From a virus, in IMG/VR virus record IMGVR_UViG_3300043256_000274, positions 1-64,000 of that record: a stretch of DNA of 64,000 bases; one strand, written 5' to 3'. Shown here piece by piece: positions 9,771-17,213 of this stretch. Within the stretch, counting starts at the first letter, position 1. Every line of letters starts with the position of its first letter. The notes beneath the pieces are model-generated. The model was not told the DNA's origin. It did not search any database and saw only the letters and a list, made by a program, of their open reading frames with translations. The translations under genes and the position numbers were made by a program.

Positions 9771-9891
9771 TGGCGGGGCCGGAGGGATTCGAACTATCCT
9801 CAATGTCTGGCCGGGGCGCCCCGGCTCATGACCACGTAGCGAACGTGCGGGATCGCCTCCGCCTATCGACGGTTCTTCCCGTAGCAGCCCC
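9771..9891 (-). ncRNA. 121-nt tRNA-like RNA of unknown class
   Basis: GGGGCTG/CGGCCCC acceptor stem plus G-CCA, GTTCGAATC T loop, four internal hairpins and no canonical anticodon arm. Confidence 0.6.
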
Positions 9892-10003
9892 AAGTTGTCA
9901 TCGCGGGGGGATCCCCCGGTCGGGACTGAGGAACCCGACCGGGGGCCGCGGCGCGAGAGGACCAGGAGGGCTCGCGCGGTCGGCAGTCTAAGACAGGGGA
10001 ATA

Positions 10004-10540
10004 CTACCTCACAGGCAGCCTTGCGGCAAGGCTGTCTGGGATCACTTGGATGTTGAGGTCTCTCAGGAGCGTGAAGCGCTCCTGAGAGAAACCATGCATT
10101 CGGCCGGTGCAGTGGTGCCACAGCATTTCGGCAGCGATCGAGTCACGCGAAGACATGAGGTCGTGAACATCGACGAACAGCGCGCGGTCCTTGAGGAGCT
10201 CCTTGGTGCGCCGGTAGTCGGAGTCGATCCGATAGCGGAGTGCCAGCGGCATGTGGCGCTTCTCGGCGAAGACGTTCCAGGAGAGGCTCGCGCCGGTGAG
10301 GACGACGAGCTTCGCCTCGGGGAAGATGCGCAGCGCTTCGTTGGGCATGTGGATGAGCCCAGTGTCAGCGTTGCCACAAGCTCTGCCTGGCAGAGCTTGT
10401 ATCCGCGTCCGTAGGTGGATCAGCGATCCACTTGAGTCCGCCAGCCCTTCGTGGAGGCAGAACGAGTCGGCGTAGGTGAGGAAGTTCGCGACCCAGGCTG
10501 TTCGGCTTCGCGGGCGAGCGAAGATGAGGAAGGTGTTCAT
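10004..10540 (-). CDS. Sulfotransferase-like P-loop protein
   Basis: N-terminal FLIFARPRSRTAW..N.L followed by CLHE, resembling the PAPS-binding loop. Confidence 0.6.
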   Translation of the reverse strand: MNTFLIFARPRSRTAWVANFLTYADSFCLHEGLADSSGSLIHLRTRIQALPGRACGNADTGLIHMPNEALRIFPEAKLVVLTGASLSWNVFAEKRHMPLALRYRIDSDYRRTKELLKDRALFVDVHDLMSSRDSIAAEMLWHHCTGRMHGFSQERFTLLRDLNIQVIPDSLAARLPVR

Positions 10541-10890
10541 CGGCCCGTGTCCTCGGTGATTCGACAGAGTTTGCCGTCGCGTTTCATCTGGTGCATCAGC
10601 CGCCAGTACCGGTATCGGCTTCGAAGGGAGGGACGCACCGGCTTGACGTTCTCCGGGAGGTCTGCGTTGTCGGTGTCGTACCAGTCGAGCAGTTTGTGGA
10701 GGTTGGTGATGGCTTCTTCGATGGTCTTACCACCACCAGCGAGAAGGTAGTCTCGAGTGGTGATCTCTACGAGCGGACCCTTTTCAAGGTTCTCCTTCTC
10801 GCTGTTGCCCATGCACCACCAGTTTCTCACCGTGATCGCGAACCAGATGCGGCCGTAGCGGGGGTGGTGGATGTAGTTGTAGTAGCTCAT
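10537..10890 (-). CDS. Hypothetical protein
   Basis: ATGA-coupled ORF. Confidence 0.6.
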   Translation of the reverse strand: MSYYNYIHHPRYGRIWFAITVRNWWCMGNSEKENLEKGPLVEITTRDYLLAGGGKTIEEAITNLHKLLDWYDTDNADLPENVKPVRPSLRSRYRYWRLMHQMKRDGKLCRITEDTGR

Positions 10891-11123
10891 TCTTCCTTGT
10901 CGAGCGTGTAAGCGTCCAGCAAGTCCCAGAAGACGTCGAGGAGTTCACTCGAGTCCATCCGCGGCTTGAGGATGCATCGATCTTCTTCGCCGATCAACTT
11001 CCAGGTTGTCTCGCCCAGAGCGTCCTTCTCGGCTCTTTCGATCCAGATGGACTGGTTGGAGTCGCTGGTCACGACGCGCCAGTTGAAGTCTTCGTAGCGG
11101 ATTCGTCTGTTGGAGTGTGTCAT
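10887..11123 (-). CDS. Hypothetical protein
   Basis: Coupled ORF. Confidence 0.6.
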   Translation of the reverse strand: MTHSNRRIRYEDFNWRVVTSDSNQSIWIERAEKDALGETTWKLIGEEDRCILKPRMDSSELLDVFWDLLDAYTLDKEE

Positions 11124-11138
11124 AGTGTTGATGGAAAA

Positions 11139-11546
11139 CTACAAGCAACCTTCATGCTTTATTTCATCGCCGACTTTCATCTCGAAGCCGTGACCATAGT
11201 AGCCGTTGTGCCAGTTGTAGATGTGCAAGTACAACGTTTTCTTCGTCAAAAATAAGAAGCCACGCGGGCGCAGCTTGAAGATGGCGAATCCACCGCCATC
11301 ATCCGACTCTTCGCCTTCTTGAAAGAACGATGGGTCGAATTCATAGTTCTCCCAATCGGAGAAATCGCCTTCATCTTCGGTGCTGTTCCAACTGAGTTCC
11401 GTCATTGGCTCGTTCACGACGAGCCATCCGAAGTTCTCACATCAGCCGTGGTCAGCGTCGAAACCGACGAAGACGTTGTTCTCGTCAATCCAGTTGTAAT
11501 GGTTGCCCCAGTCGTTAGGGTTTTGCTTGCCTTCAAAGAACTTCAT
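11139..11546 (-). CDS. Hypothetical protein with in-frame TGA at 11442-11444 (candidate selenoprotein or nonsense mutant)
   Basis: ATG overlaps upstream stop; frame reads MKFFEG...DADHG*CENFGW...HNGYYGHGF with no frameshift; ORF track shows only the 3' part. Confidence 0.6.
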
Positions 11547-11737
11547 AGCGCGGCCCTCACTGCGGCGTCCTTGGCTTCGAGCAGCTTGCGCAGCGCGACC
11601 GTGGTCTCAGGACTGTCGGGCTCACGGTTGGCGACTTCATGCGCGAGATTGTAGAATGACTGACCGACTTGTTGGAGATGCCCCGGCAGATGCCAGACAT
11701 CGAAGAAAGGGAGTACATGCTCGATTGAAGGGTGCAT
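11543..11737 (-). CDS. Conserved small phage protein
   Basis: FF...HLP.HLQ...F..LA...PE...ALRKLLEAKDAAVRA. Confidence 0.8.
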   Translation of the reverse strand: MHPSIEHVLPFFDVWHLPGHLQQVGQSFYNLAHEVANREPDSPETTVALRKLLEAKDAAVRAAL

Positions 11738-11754
11738 GGTGCTTCTGTTGAAGG

Positions 11755-11910
11755 GCTCCAGTGAGGGTTGGCGTGGAGAGACGCCTACGTTTTACGCATC
11801 GGCCAGCTACGGTGCTCTGCCGGGACGAACCCGACTTCACCAGCCTTCCGTATCGGCTGCTCGTTTAGGCAACTGTGTCCCAGTACCAGCCGATGCCCCC
11901 TCGCCGGAGC
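11755..11910 (-). ncRNA. Candidate structured RNA
   Basis: Nested helices GCTCC/GGAGC, GAGGG/CCCTC, GCATCGGC/GCCGATGC, GGGAC/GTCCC, CAGCC/GGCTG, GGCGT/ACGCC. Confidence 0.5.
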
Positions 11911-11920
11911 GTTTTCGTTG

Positions 11921-12166
11921 TCAGTCCGCGGGTGAGCGGAAGATGGTCTCGAAGGTCTGTCCGCGATCGTTCATGGCGTAGATGCCGAGATCCTTCTCGG
12001 TCGTGCTGTACGAAGCGCACGCAGTCTTGCGCCCTTCCATGGTGATCGTGAACTCGAACGGGCGGCCCTTGACGGGATTGATGTGGTACCGGTCACACTC
12101 GTAGACGGACGCGTGACGGCGTGCGTCCCCAAGAACTTGGGAATCTCGAACGATGCTGACAAACAT
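11921..12166 (-). CDS. Hypothetical protein
   Basis: C-terminal IYAMNDRGQTFE motif seen in small phage proteins. Confidence 0.65.
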   Translation of the reverse strand: MFVSIVRDSQVLGDARRHASVYECDRYHINPVKGRPFEFTITMEGRKTACASYSTTEKDLGIYAMNDRGQTFETIFRSPAD

Positions 12167-12231
12167 GGTATCTGTCTTTCTTGTTGTCTGTGCGGGAGGG
12201 AGTCCCCCGCATGTCTAGACCAAACATACCA

Positions 12232-12260
12232 TGGGGTGGGGCGGAGAGTCGAACTCCATC
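12232..12260 (-). pseudogene. 3' fragment of a tRNA (His-like C discriminator)
   Basis: GGAG-TTCGACT-CTCC T arm, then GCCCCAC-C-CCA; 5' half absent. Confidence 0.5.
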
Positions 12261-12268
12261 TTCCGTGG

Positions 12269-12342
12269 TGGTCAGGGGGAGAGGATTCGAACCCCCGCCA
12301 GATGCGTCCGAAGCACCGATGCTACCGCTACACCACCCCCTG
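12269..12342 (-). tRNA. tRNA-Pro(CGG)
   Basis: CAGGGGG/CCCCCTG acceptor stem, GGTGC-TTCGGAC-GCATC anticodon arm, GGTTCGAATCC, ACCA end. Confidence 0.9.
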
Positions 12343-12495
12343 CGACGGGAGCGGATGCTCCCGTTTTACTGCAACGGAGGTCGGTGGTGATGTCGCATGG
12401 TGATAATGGAGCCCGCTTGCGCGGGCTCCAGCCGTGTTTCCACAGCGAATTTCATGGCATCTCTCCAGAAGAGAGGGGCCTGTTGGTTCACTCCT

Positions 12496-12537
12496 ATCCT
12501 ACCACCCTACAGGAGTGGTTGCAACCACTCCTGTAGG
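12496..12537 (-). promoter_or_regulatory. sigma70 promoter with its -35 centred in a perfect 32-bp palindrome
   Basis: TTGCAA-N17-TAGGAT with TGn; palindrome CCTACAGGAGTGGTTGCAACCACTCCTGTAGG at 12506-12537. Confidence 0.65.
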
Positions 12538-13082
12538 TCAGCCATCGGGACGACGTAGGCGTGGTGGCAGGCGGGGCCGCTGCCCAGCATCATCGCGACA
12601 AGCTCGCCGGCCGTGTTGAAGATCCCCCCACCCGAGTCGCCGGGGGAGATACCTGACGAGACTCGGTCCATATCGGACACGAGTCCCGTCGTGAGCCACA
12701 GGCCGTAGCCCCCGCCCCAACCGGCGCCGTAGACCTGCTCCCCGAGGGTGAGGGGGGAGTAGTCGATCGCGTGGAGGGGGATCGCCTTCTCAGGGGCCGA
12801 GAAGGCGATGAGCATGGCATCCTCGGTTGGATGGCTCGAGAGGGCCTTGCCTCCGGTGAGCGTTCGGCCGTCCCGCGTCTTCACGGTCCATTCGCCTCCC
12901 CAGGCCTGGCCCATGTGCCCCGCTGTCAGGAACAGGATCTCGTCGTCAGTCACCGCTACCGGGAGGGCCGAGCCGTTGCCGATCGGACAGATGAGTTGCC
13001 AGACGTTGGCCGCGGCCTGGATCCGCGGTGACGGTGCTGAAGTGCAGGACGCCAGCACCGCGGTGATGGCCAGGATCTTCAC
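12507..13082 (-). CDS. Trypsin-like serine protease, predicted lipoprotein
   Basis: Lipobox LASC; LTAGH, D, GDSGG catalytic motifs. Confidence 0.85.
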   Translation of the reverse strand: MKILAITAVLASCTSAPSPRIQAAANVWQLICPIGNGSALPVAVTDDEILFLTAGHMGQAWGGEWTVKTRDGRTLTGGKALSSHPTEDAMLIAFSAPEKAIPLHAIDYSPLTLGEQVYGAGWGGGYGLWLTTGLVSDMDRVSSGISPGDSGGGIFNTAGELVAMMLGSGPACHHAYVVPMADLQEWLQPLL

Positions 13083-13522
13083 GCCAGTCGACCGAGAACG
13101 TGAACGACCATCGTGTCAGACGCATCCTGGTTGTCAGCCTCCGAGATCAGGAGCGACTGGCCTGGCAGGAGGAAGAAGTCGGGCGGTAGTGTCACATGGT
13201 CCGCATCAGCACCGGTGCGTTCAACTTGACCCGGCGCAGCTTCCCACACATTCGAGTTTGACGCTGTCGAGAACGTGGGGATGAATTCAAATTGACGTAC
13301 GACATCGGCGGCTGAGTCCTGAACCTCGAGCTGGATGCGGCGCGCGGTCGCAGCGATGTCAGTCGTGAGCTCGACGCGCACGGAGAGAATCTCCAGCTTG
13401 CTGCCTTCCGCAACATCGGTGTCGTAGGCCAGAGTCTTGTCTCGCGAGGCAGTCTCGTCGGAGAGGAGAATGACGTTGCGGGGACGTCCTTGGGCTGAGT
13501 TGTCGATCCGTGCGAACACCAT
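13079..13522 (-). CDS. Hypothetical beta-rich protein, possibly virion-associated
   Basis: RBS AAGGAG; acidic beta-strand pattern. Confidence 0.6.
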   Translation of the reverse strand: MVFARIDNSAQGRPRNVILLSDETASRDKTLAYDTDVAEGSKLEILSVRVELTTDIAATARRIQLEVQDSAADVVRQFEFIPTFSTASNSNVWEAAPGQVERTGADADHVTLPPDFFLLPGQSLLISEADNQDASDTMVVHVLGRLA

Positions 13523-13577
13523 GGTGGCTCCTTGAGTTGGGAGCAGATCGTAGCACGCCGAGCGTGGAAGCGCGAGG

Positions 13578-14333
13578 CTACTTAGGATGTTGCAAGTAGC
13601 AGTCTAGCACAAAGCGCTCGACACGTTCGACGTCGGGGGGCCCAAGGGAGGTCACGGATTCGAGCGTCTTGAGACGCTGCTCGAGATCGGCAGCTTCACG
13701 CAAGACTTCGTCCTGCGTGACCTTCCCGGTGCGGATGTCGATGATATGCTGTCGCACCGGCTCTGCCATAGGCAGCGTCAGCTTGCCGGTCGTGGCGAGC
13801 TCGATTCCCTGGTGGCCGAGGCGAATGATGTGGCCGGCGTACTTGGTGTCGAACCCGTAGCGTTCGATCAACTCGGGCCGGTTCGGCATCTTGACCTTAT
13901 CGGTGAGGCGCTTACGCTGCTGGATCATGTAGCCGAGGTACGGGCCGAAGAGGTTGTGGCTCACGAAGGCCTCCCGCATGGCGACGAGCTCTTGGCCGCG
14001 GTCGTCCATACTCACGACGAACTCAGGTGGCAGGAAGAGCAGGGTCAGGACCGTTGGGTTCCCCTTGAGCGCGAGCCTGCACCACTTGGCGAGGCTGTAG
14101 ATCGTCAAGTCGAGGTCTCCGGGTCCAGAACGCGCCCCTTCGGGTTGCGTTCTGTACGTCCACTGCTCGAATTTCGGGCGCAGGCCGAAGAAGTGTTCGA
14201 ACGGCTCCACACAGATCCCCATTTCGTCGCGGTCGTCCTGGTCGGCGACCGACAGGCCGTGGACGGTGGAGCCGACCACGCCGCGGAGGATCGTGTTGGG
14301 TTCAGCGAGTTCTTGGGCGTTGGGGTGGATCAT
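13578..14333 (-). CDS. RlaP/YcgL-like DNA polymerase beta-superfamily nucleotidyltransferase
   Basis: VGSTVHGL...DDRDEMGI, LALKGNP, FDTKYAGHIIRL. Confidence 0.85.
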   Translation of the reverse strand: MIHPNAQELAEPNTILRGVVGSTVHGLSVADQDDRDEMGICVEPFEHFFGLRPKFEQWTYRTQPEGARSGPGDLDLTIYSLAKWCRLALKGNPTVLTLLFLPPEFVVSMDDRGQELVAMREAFVSHNLFGPYLGYMIQQRKRLTDKVKMPNRPELIERYGFDTKYAGHIIRLGHQGIELATTGKLTLPMAEPVRQHIIDIRTGKVTQDEVLREAADLEQRLKTLESVTSLGPPDVERVERFVLDCYLQHPK

Positions 14334-14527
14334 GATGTATGAATTCTCCGCTCGATCGGCCGGTCGGTGGGTAGGAGGGGGCGGATGGTGAAGCGCCGGC
14401 GGTGGTCGTTTTCGGCAGTGTCCTGGGGCTGCGCGAATGCGGGCTCGAGACTCCAGTGGACGGCCGCGGCTGAGGTCATGGGGCCGTAGATTCGGCCGTC
14501 TGGGTGGGCGAGGACGTGGTCGTTCAT
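14330..14527 (-). CDS. Hypothetical protein
   Basis: ATGA-coupled; start moved to MNDHVL. Confidence 0.45.
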   Translation of the reverse strand: MNDHVLAHPDGRIYGPMTSAAAVHWSLEPAFAQPQDTAENDHRRRFTIRPLLPTDRPIERRIHTS

Positions 14528-14769
14528 TGGGTGCGCTCGAAGTTGGCGCTGGTCAGGGTGATGGGCCGGACCATGGTGCCCAGGGGGTAGGTCCAGGGCT
14601 CGTCGTGCATGTGCAGGAGTTGGCGCGCGTTGCAGAACGTGAGTTCTTCGCTGGGCATCTTGAGCATGACTAGGTCCGCATCGTCGAGGAACCAAGTGAA
14701 GTTGGCGAGCTCCTCGATTCGGCGTTCGGGGTAGGCGGGATCGCGGATGGTGATGGTGGGTTCAGGCAT
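14524..14769 (-). CDS. Hypothetical protein
   Basis: Operon position and codon usage. Confidence 0.55.
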   Translation of the reverse strand: MPEPTITIRDPAYPERRIEELANFTWFLDDADLVMLKMPSEELTFCNARQLLHMHDEPWTYPLGTMVRPITLTSANFERTQ

Positions 14770-15199
14770 GGAGGTTTCTAGCGACGACAGACTCGAAAGA
14801 CGCCGGCGACGGCGACGATCAGAGCAACGACCACAAGGCCACAGGTGGTGAGAAGGATGATGTCGAACATGGGTGAAGGGTACCTGAGCTTGAGAATTTT
14901 TGGTGTAGGAAATTTTATTTGGGGGAGGGCTCGAGTGGCGCAGCTATTTTGGGTGTGGCCAGGGGTCTCGAATCGGGACACCGATCTTCACAATCCTGGT
15001 ACATGGAAATCCTTTCCATGGACCTAACCCCTTGCTATGCAACGACTTACGTCGACCGCCAAGATGGCAGCTCACCTGGCACGGCGATGCAACCCTATGT
15101 ATACCAACAGGTTACAACATCGGCCATCTTTTCCACCCCACTTGGCACGGCCACGTCTTACCATACCCTTACCTTACACCCCCCTTACATAGGCCCCCT

Positions 15200-15665
15200 T
15201 CGCGTCCAGTCCCAATACGGGAATTCGCGTCCAGTCATCCAGTCTCCGTCCACCCTAGGGTGGATGCGCTAAGCCCATGCGGGGTAAGCACTTAGAGCGA
15301 TTGTCCACTCTGTCCAGTCTCAGCGAGAAATTCGCAGGAGAGTACAGCGGAAGCCCAGTGGTGTCCACCTTACTCCTTTTCCTACTCTCCTCACAATATA
15401 GAGAGAGAGAGTGGATGAGTGGATGGGGTGGACGGAATCCCACGCTGGGCAACGGGTTAGGAGAATCCAGTCTCTGAGATCGAGAGTGGACGTATGGCCC
15501 TGGAGACTGGACATCGGGCCGAGACTGGACGCTGGATGCTCCCAGGCCTCTTATATGGACCCCCTTCGAGTGGACCCCCTTCGAGTGGACCCCCTTGCGC
15601 TATGGAGGTTCCTATGGTGGACGCTGCAGGAGCTCCGCTCCCGCGTCCGCGGAGTGGATGGGTCA
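15200..15665. repeat. Non-coding region with converging TCCA/TGGA short repeats (origin- or terminus-like)
   Basis: GTCCAG/GTCCAC copies on the left, mostly GTGGAT/GTGGAC/CTGGAC on the right of a CAATATA(GA)n core; tandem TGGACCCCCTTCGAG x2.7 at 15556-15596. Confidence 0.55.
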
Positions 15666-15795
15666 TGGGTCAGGTTTCACGCGCGGAGACGGGAGAGAGC
15701 CGGGGGGCTTGCGACGGCGCCCGCTGCGCTCCACCCCACCCCACACCCCCACCACTCGGGGACAATGGCGCCGCCCTAACAGACCCCTAATCACG

Positions 15796-15828
15796 AAAAA
15801 GGCGCCCCGAGCCTATGCCCAGGGCGCC
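15796..15828 (-). terminator. Intrinsic terminator
   Basis: GGCGCCCTGGGC-ATAG-GCTCGGGGCGCC followed by TTTTT. Confidence 0.8.
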
Positions 15829-15850
15829 ATGCGGCTAGAACCAACGCCAG

Positions 15851-16381
15851 TCAGACAGCCGCGAACCCGTCGAAGTGGGCCAGCCCATCGTCCCCGATGT
15901 AGCCGTACGCACCCTCTCCCAGGAGCTTGGCCGCGGCGCTGACAGCCTCGCCCACTGTGACCTCAGCATCCGTTAGCCCAACCAAGGCGGGCGCCAGCAT
16001 TGACAGAGCGGACACGTCAAGTGATCGCCAATCCCACGCCCCAGTCCCATGTCCGACTTGCGACAACCAAACATCATGCCCGAGCAGCTCCCATCCGGTC
16101 CACTGGCGCCAGAGGTCACCGTCCCGTAGCTCCGCGGCACGATCGAGCAACGGCGCGAATCCACGCCACCACGCCAACAGCCGCAGCCCCATCGAGCGCT
16201 CCACCCCGGGAGCCAGTTCTACAGTATCTAGCTCAATGTCATCCTGCGAAGCGAGGCATGGATCCACGCAATACCCCGCCCCCCGATGGGCTTCCGTGCC
16301 ACAAGTGCAGGCCCCGCGGCCCGTGCTCGACCATTGGGCAGCCTCGACGTACCCCGAGACGAATTCCCGTAGCCAGCTCAC
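15851..16381 (-). CDS. Hypothetical (probable early) protein
   Basis: GTGA coupling; FV.GYVEAA.WSS, GHD.WL...GHGTG.WD, YIGDDG motifs seen in phage early proteins. Confidence 0.7.
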   Translation of the reverse strand: MSWLREFVSGYVEAAQWSSTGRGACTCGTEAHRGAGYCVDPCLASQDDIELDTVELAPGVERSMGLRLLAWWRGFAPLLDRAAELRDGDLWRQWTGWELLGHDVWLSQVGHGTGAWDWRSLDVSALSMLAPALVGLTDAEVTVGEAVSAAAKLLGEGAYGYIGDDGLAHFDGFAAV

Positions 16382-17202
16382 GCGGCACCCCCGATCCGCT
16401 CGGACAATCGCTCCACCACATTCCCGGCCCACTTGGCCGCGATCTCGGCCGACTCGAGGCACGCCCCGAGAATCGCGAGGTCCCCATCGGAGACCCCGCG
16501 CCCCGCCATGTTCGGCAGTTCTGAGAAGTGCAACGGCGGCCGGAAGCCCAACACCAGGAAAGCGTGGCAGATTTCCCAGGACAGATCCATCCCGCCCCCG
16601 CTTAGCGCTAGGTGCGGTTCATCGTCGAGCATGACCACGACCACGCAACCAACCGACATAAGCTCAGCCTGAGCGGCTCCCGCGTCGAATCCGCTACCAC
16701 TGGGCAACGGGTAGGCATAGTTCATCATCGGCTCGAATTCCTCCGGCGATTCCTGCGCCAGCTCCGATGCCCGTTCGTCGATCTCTTCCCGCACGTCCTC
16801 TTCCTCTTCCCGCGTCTCGTCCCGCTCCGCGCGCAGCTCCTTGTAGCGCAGCTCCTTGTAGCGCAGCTCGATTGTGTAGTGCAGCGCCGTGGGATTGTGT
16901 CGATGATCATGACGGGTTTTTTTCAGTGATTCTAGCTCCGCGCCGTCGTCCGCATTGAGACCGGTCAGCCTCACCTTGAATTCGTCGGCCGCGTCACTGT
17001 CCCGTTCGTCGATGTACCCCAGCACAATATCCAGCTCCTCCCCCGAAAAGTCCGGGTACACCAGCTCTGCGCGTGGATCAAGTCCATCGGTATCGGTGAA
17101 AGCTTCCGACCAGTCGACGTCAACCGGCGTGGTGGTCACAGTGTCACAGTCAAGTCGGCCGAATCTCTCAGCGGCCAGTTTCTTCGCTCGTTCGATGTTC
17201 AT
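16378..17202 (-). CDS. Acidic hypothetical (probable early) protein
   Basis: RBS AGGAACCAACGCCATG; PMMNYAYPLP, LALSGGGMDLSWEIC; 15-nt tandem duplication (LRYKE) at 16831-16869. Confidence 0.7.
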   Translation of the reverse strand: MNIERAKKLAAERFGRLDCDTVTTTPVDVDWSEAFTDTDGLDPRAELVYPDFSGEELDIVLGYIDERDSDAADEFKVRLTGLNADDGAELESLKKTRHDHRHNPTALHYTIELRYKELRYKELRAERDETREEEEDVREEIDERASELAQESPEEFEPMMNYAYPLPSGSGFDAGAAQAELMSVGCVVVVMLDDEPHLALSGGGMDLSWEICHAFLVLGFRPPLHFSELPNMAGRGVSDGDLAILGACLESAEIAAKWAGNVVERLSERIGGAA

Positions 17203-17213
17203 GGCGTTGGTTC

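Noticed and set aside
9771-9891. The 121-nt RNA as tmRNA or tRNA-Sec
   Set aside because: It has no G3:U70 or A73 and no tag ORF, and it lacks a UCA anticodon arm and the 8/5 Sec fold.
12232-12342. Prophage attachment site and temperate lifestyle
   Set aside because: No integrase, clear repressor or host flanking genes lie in the window, so it cannot be supported here.
16831-16869. 15-nt tandem duplication (LRYKELRYKELR)
   Set aside because: A simple in-frame slippage duplication with no evidence of function.
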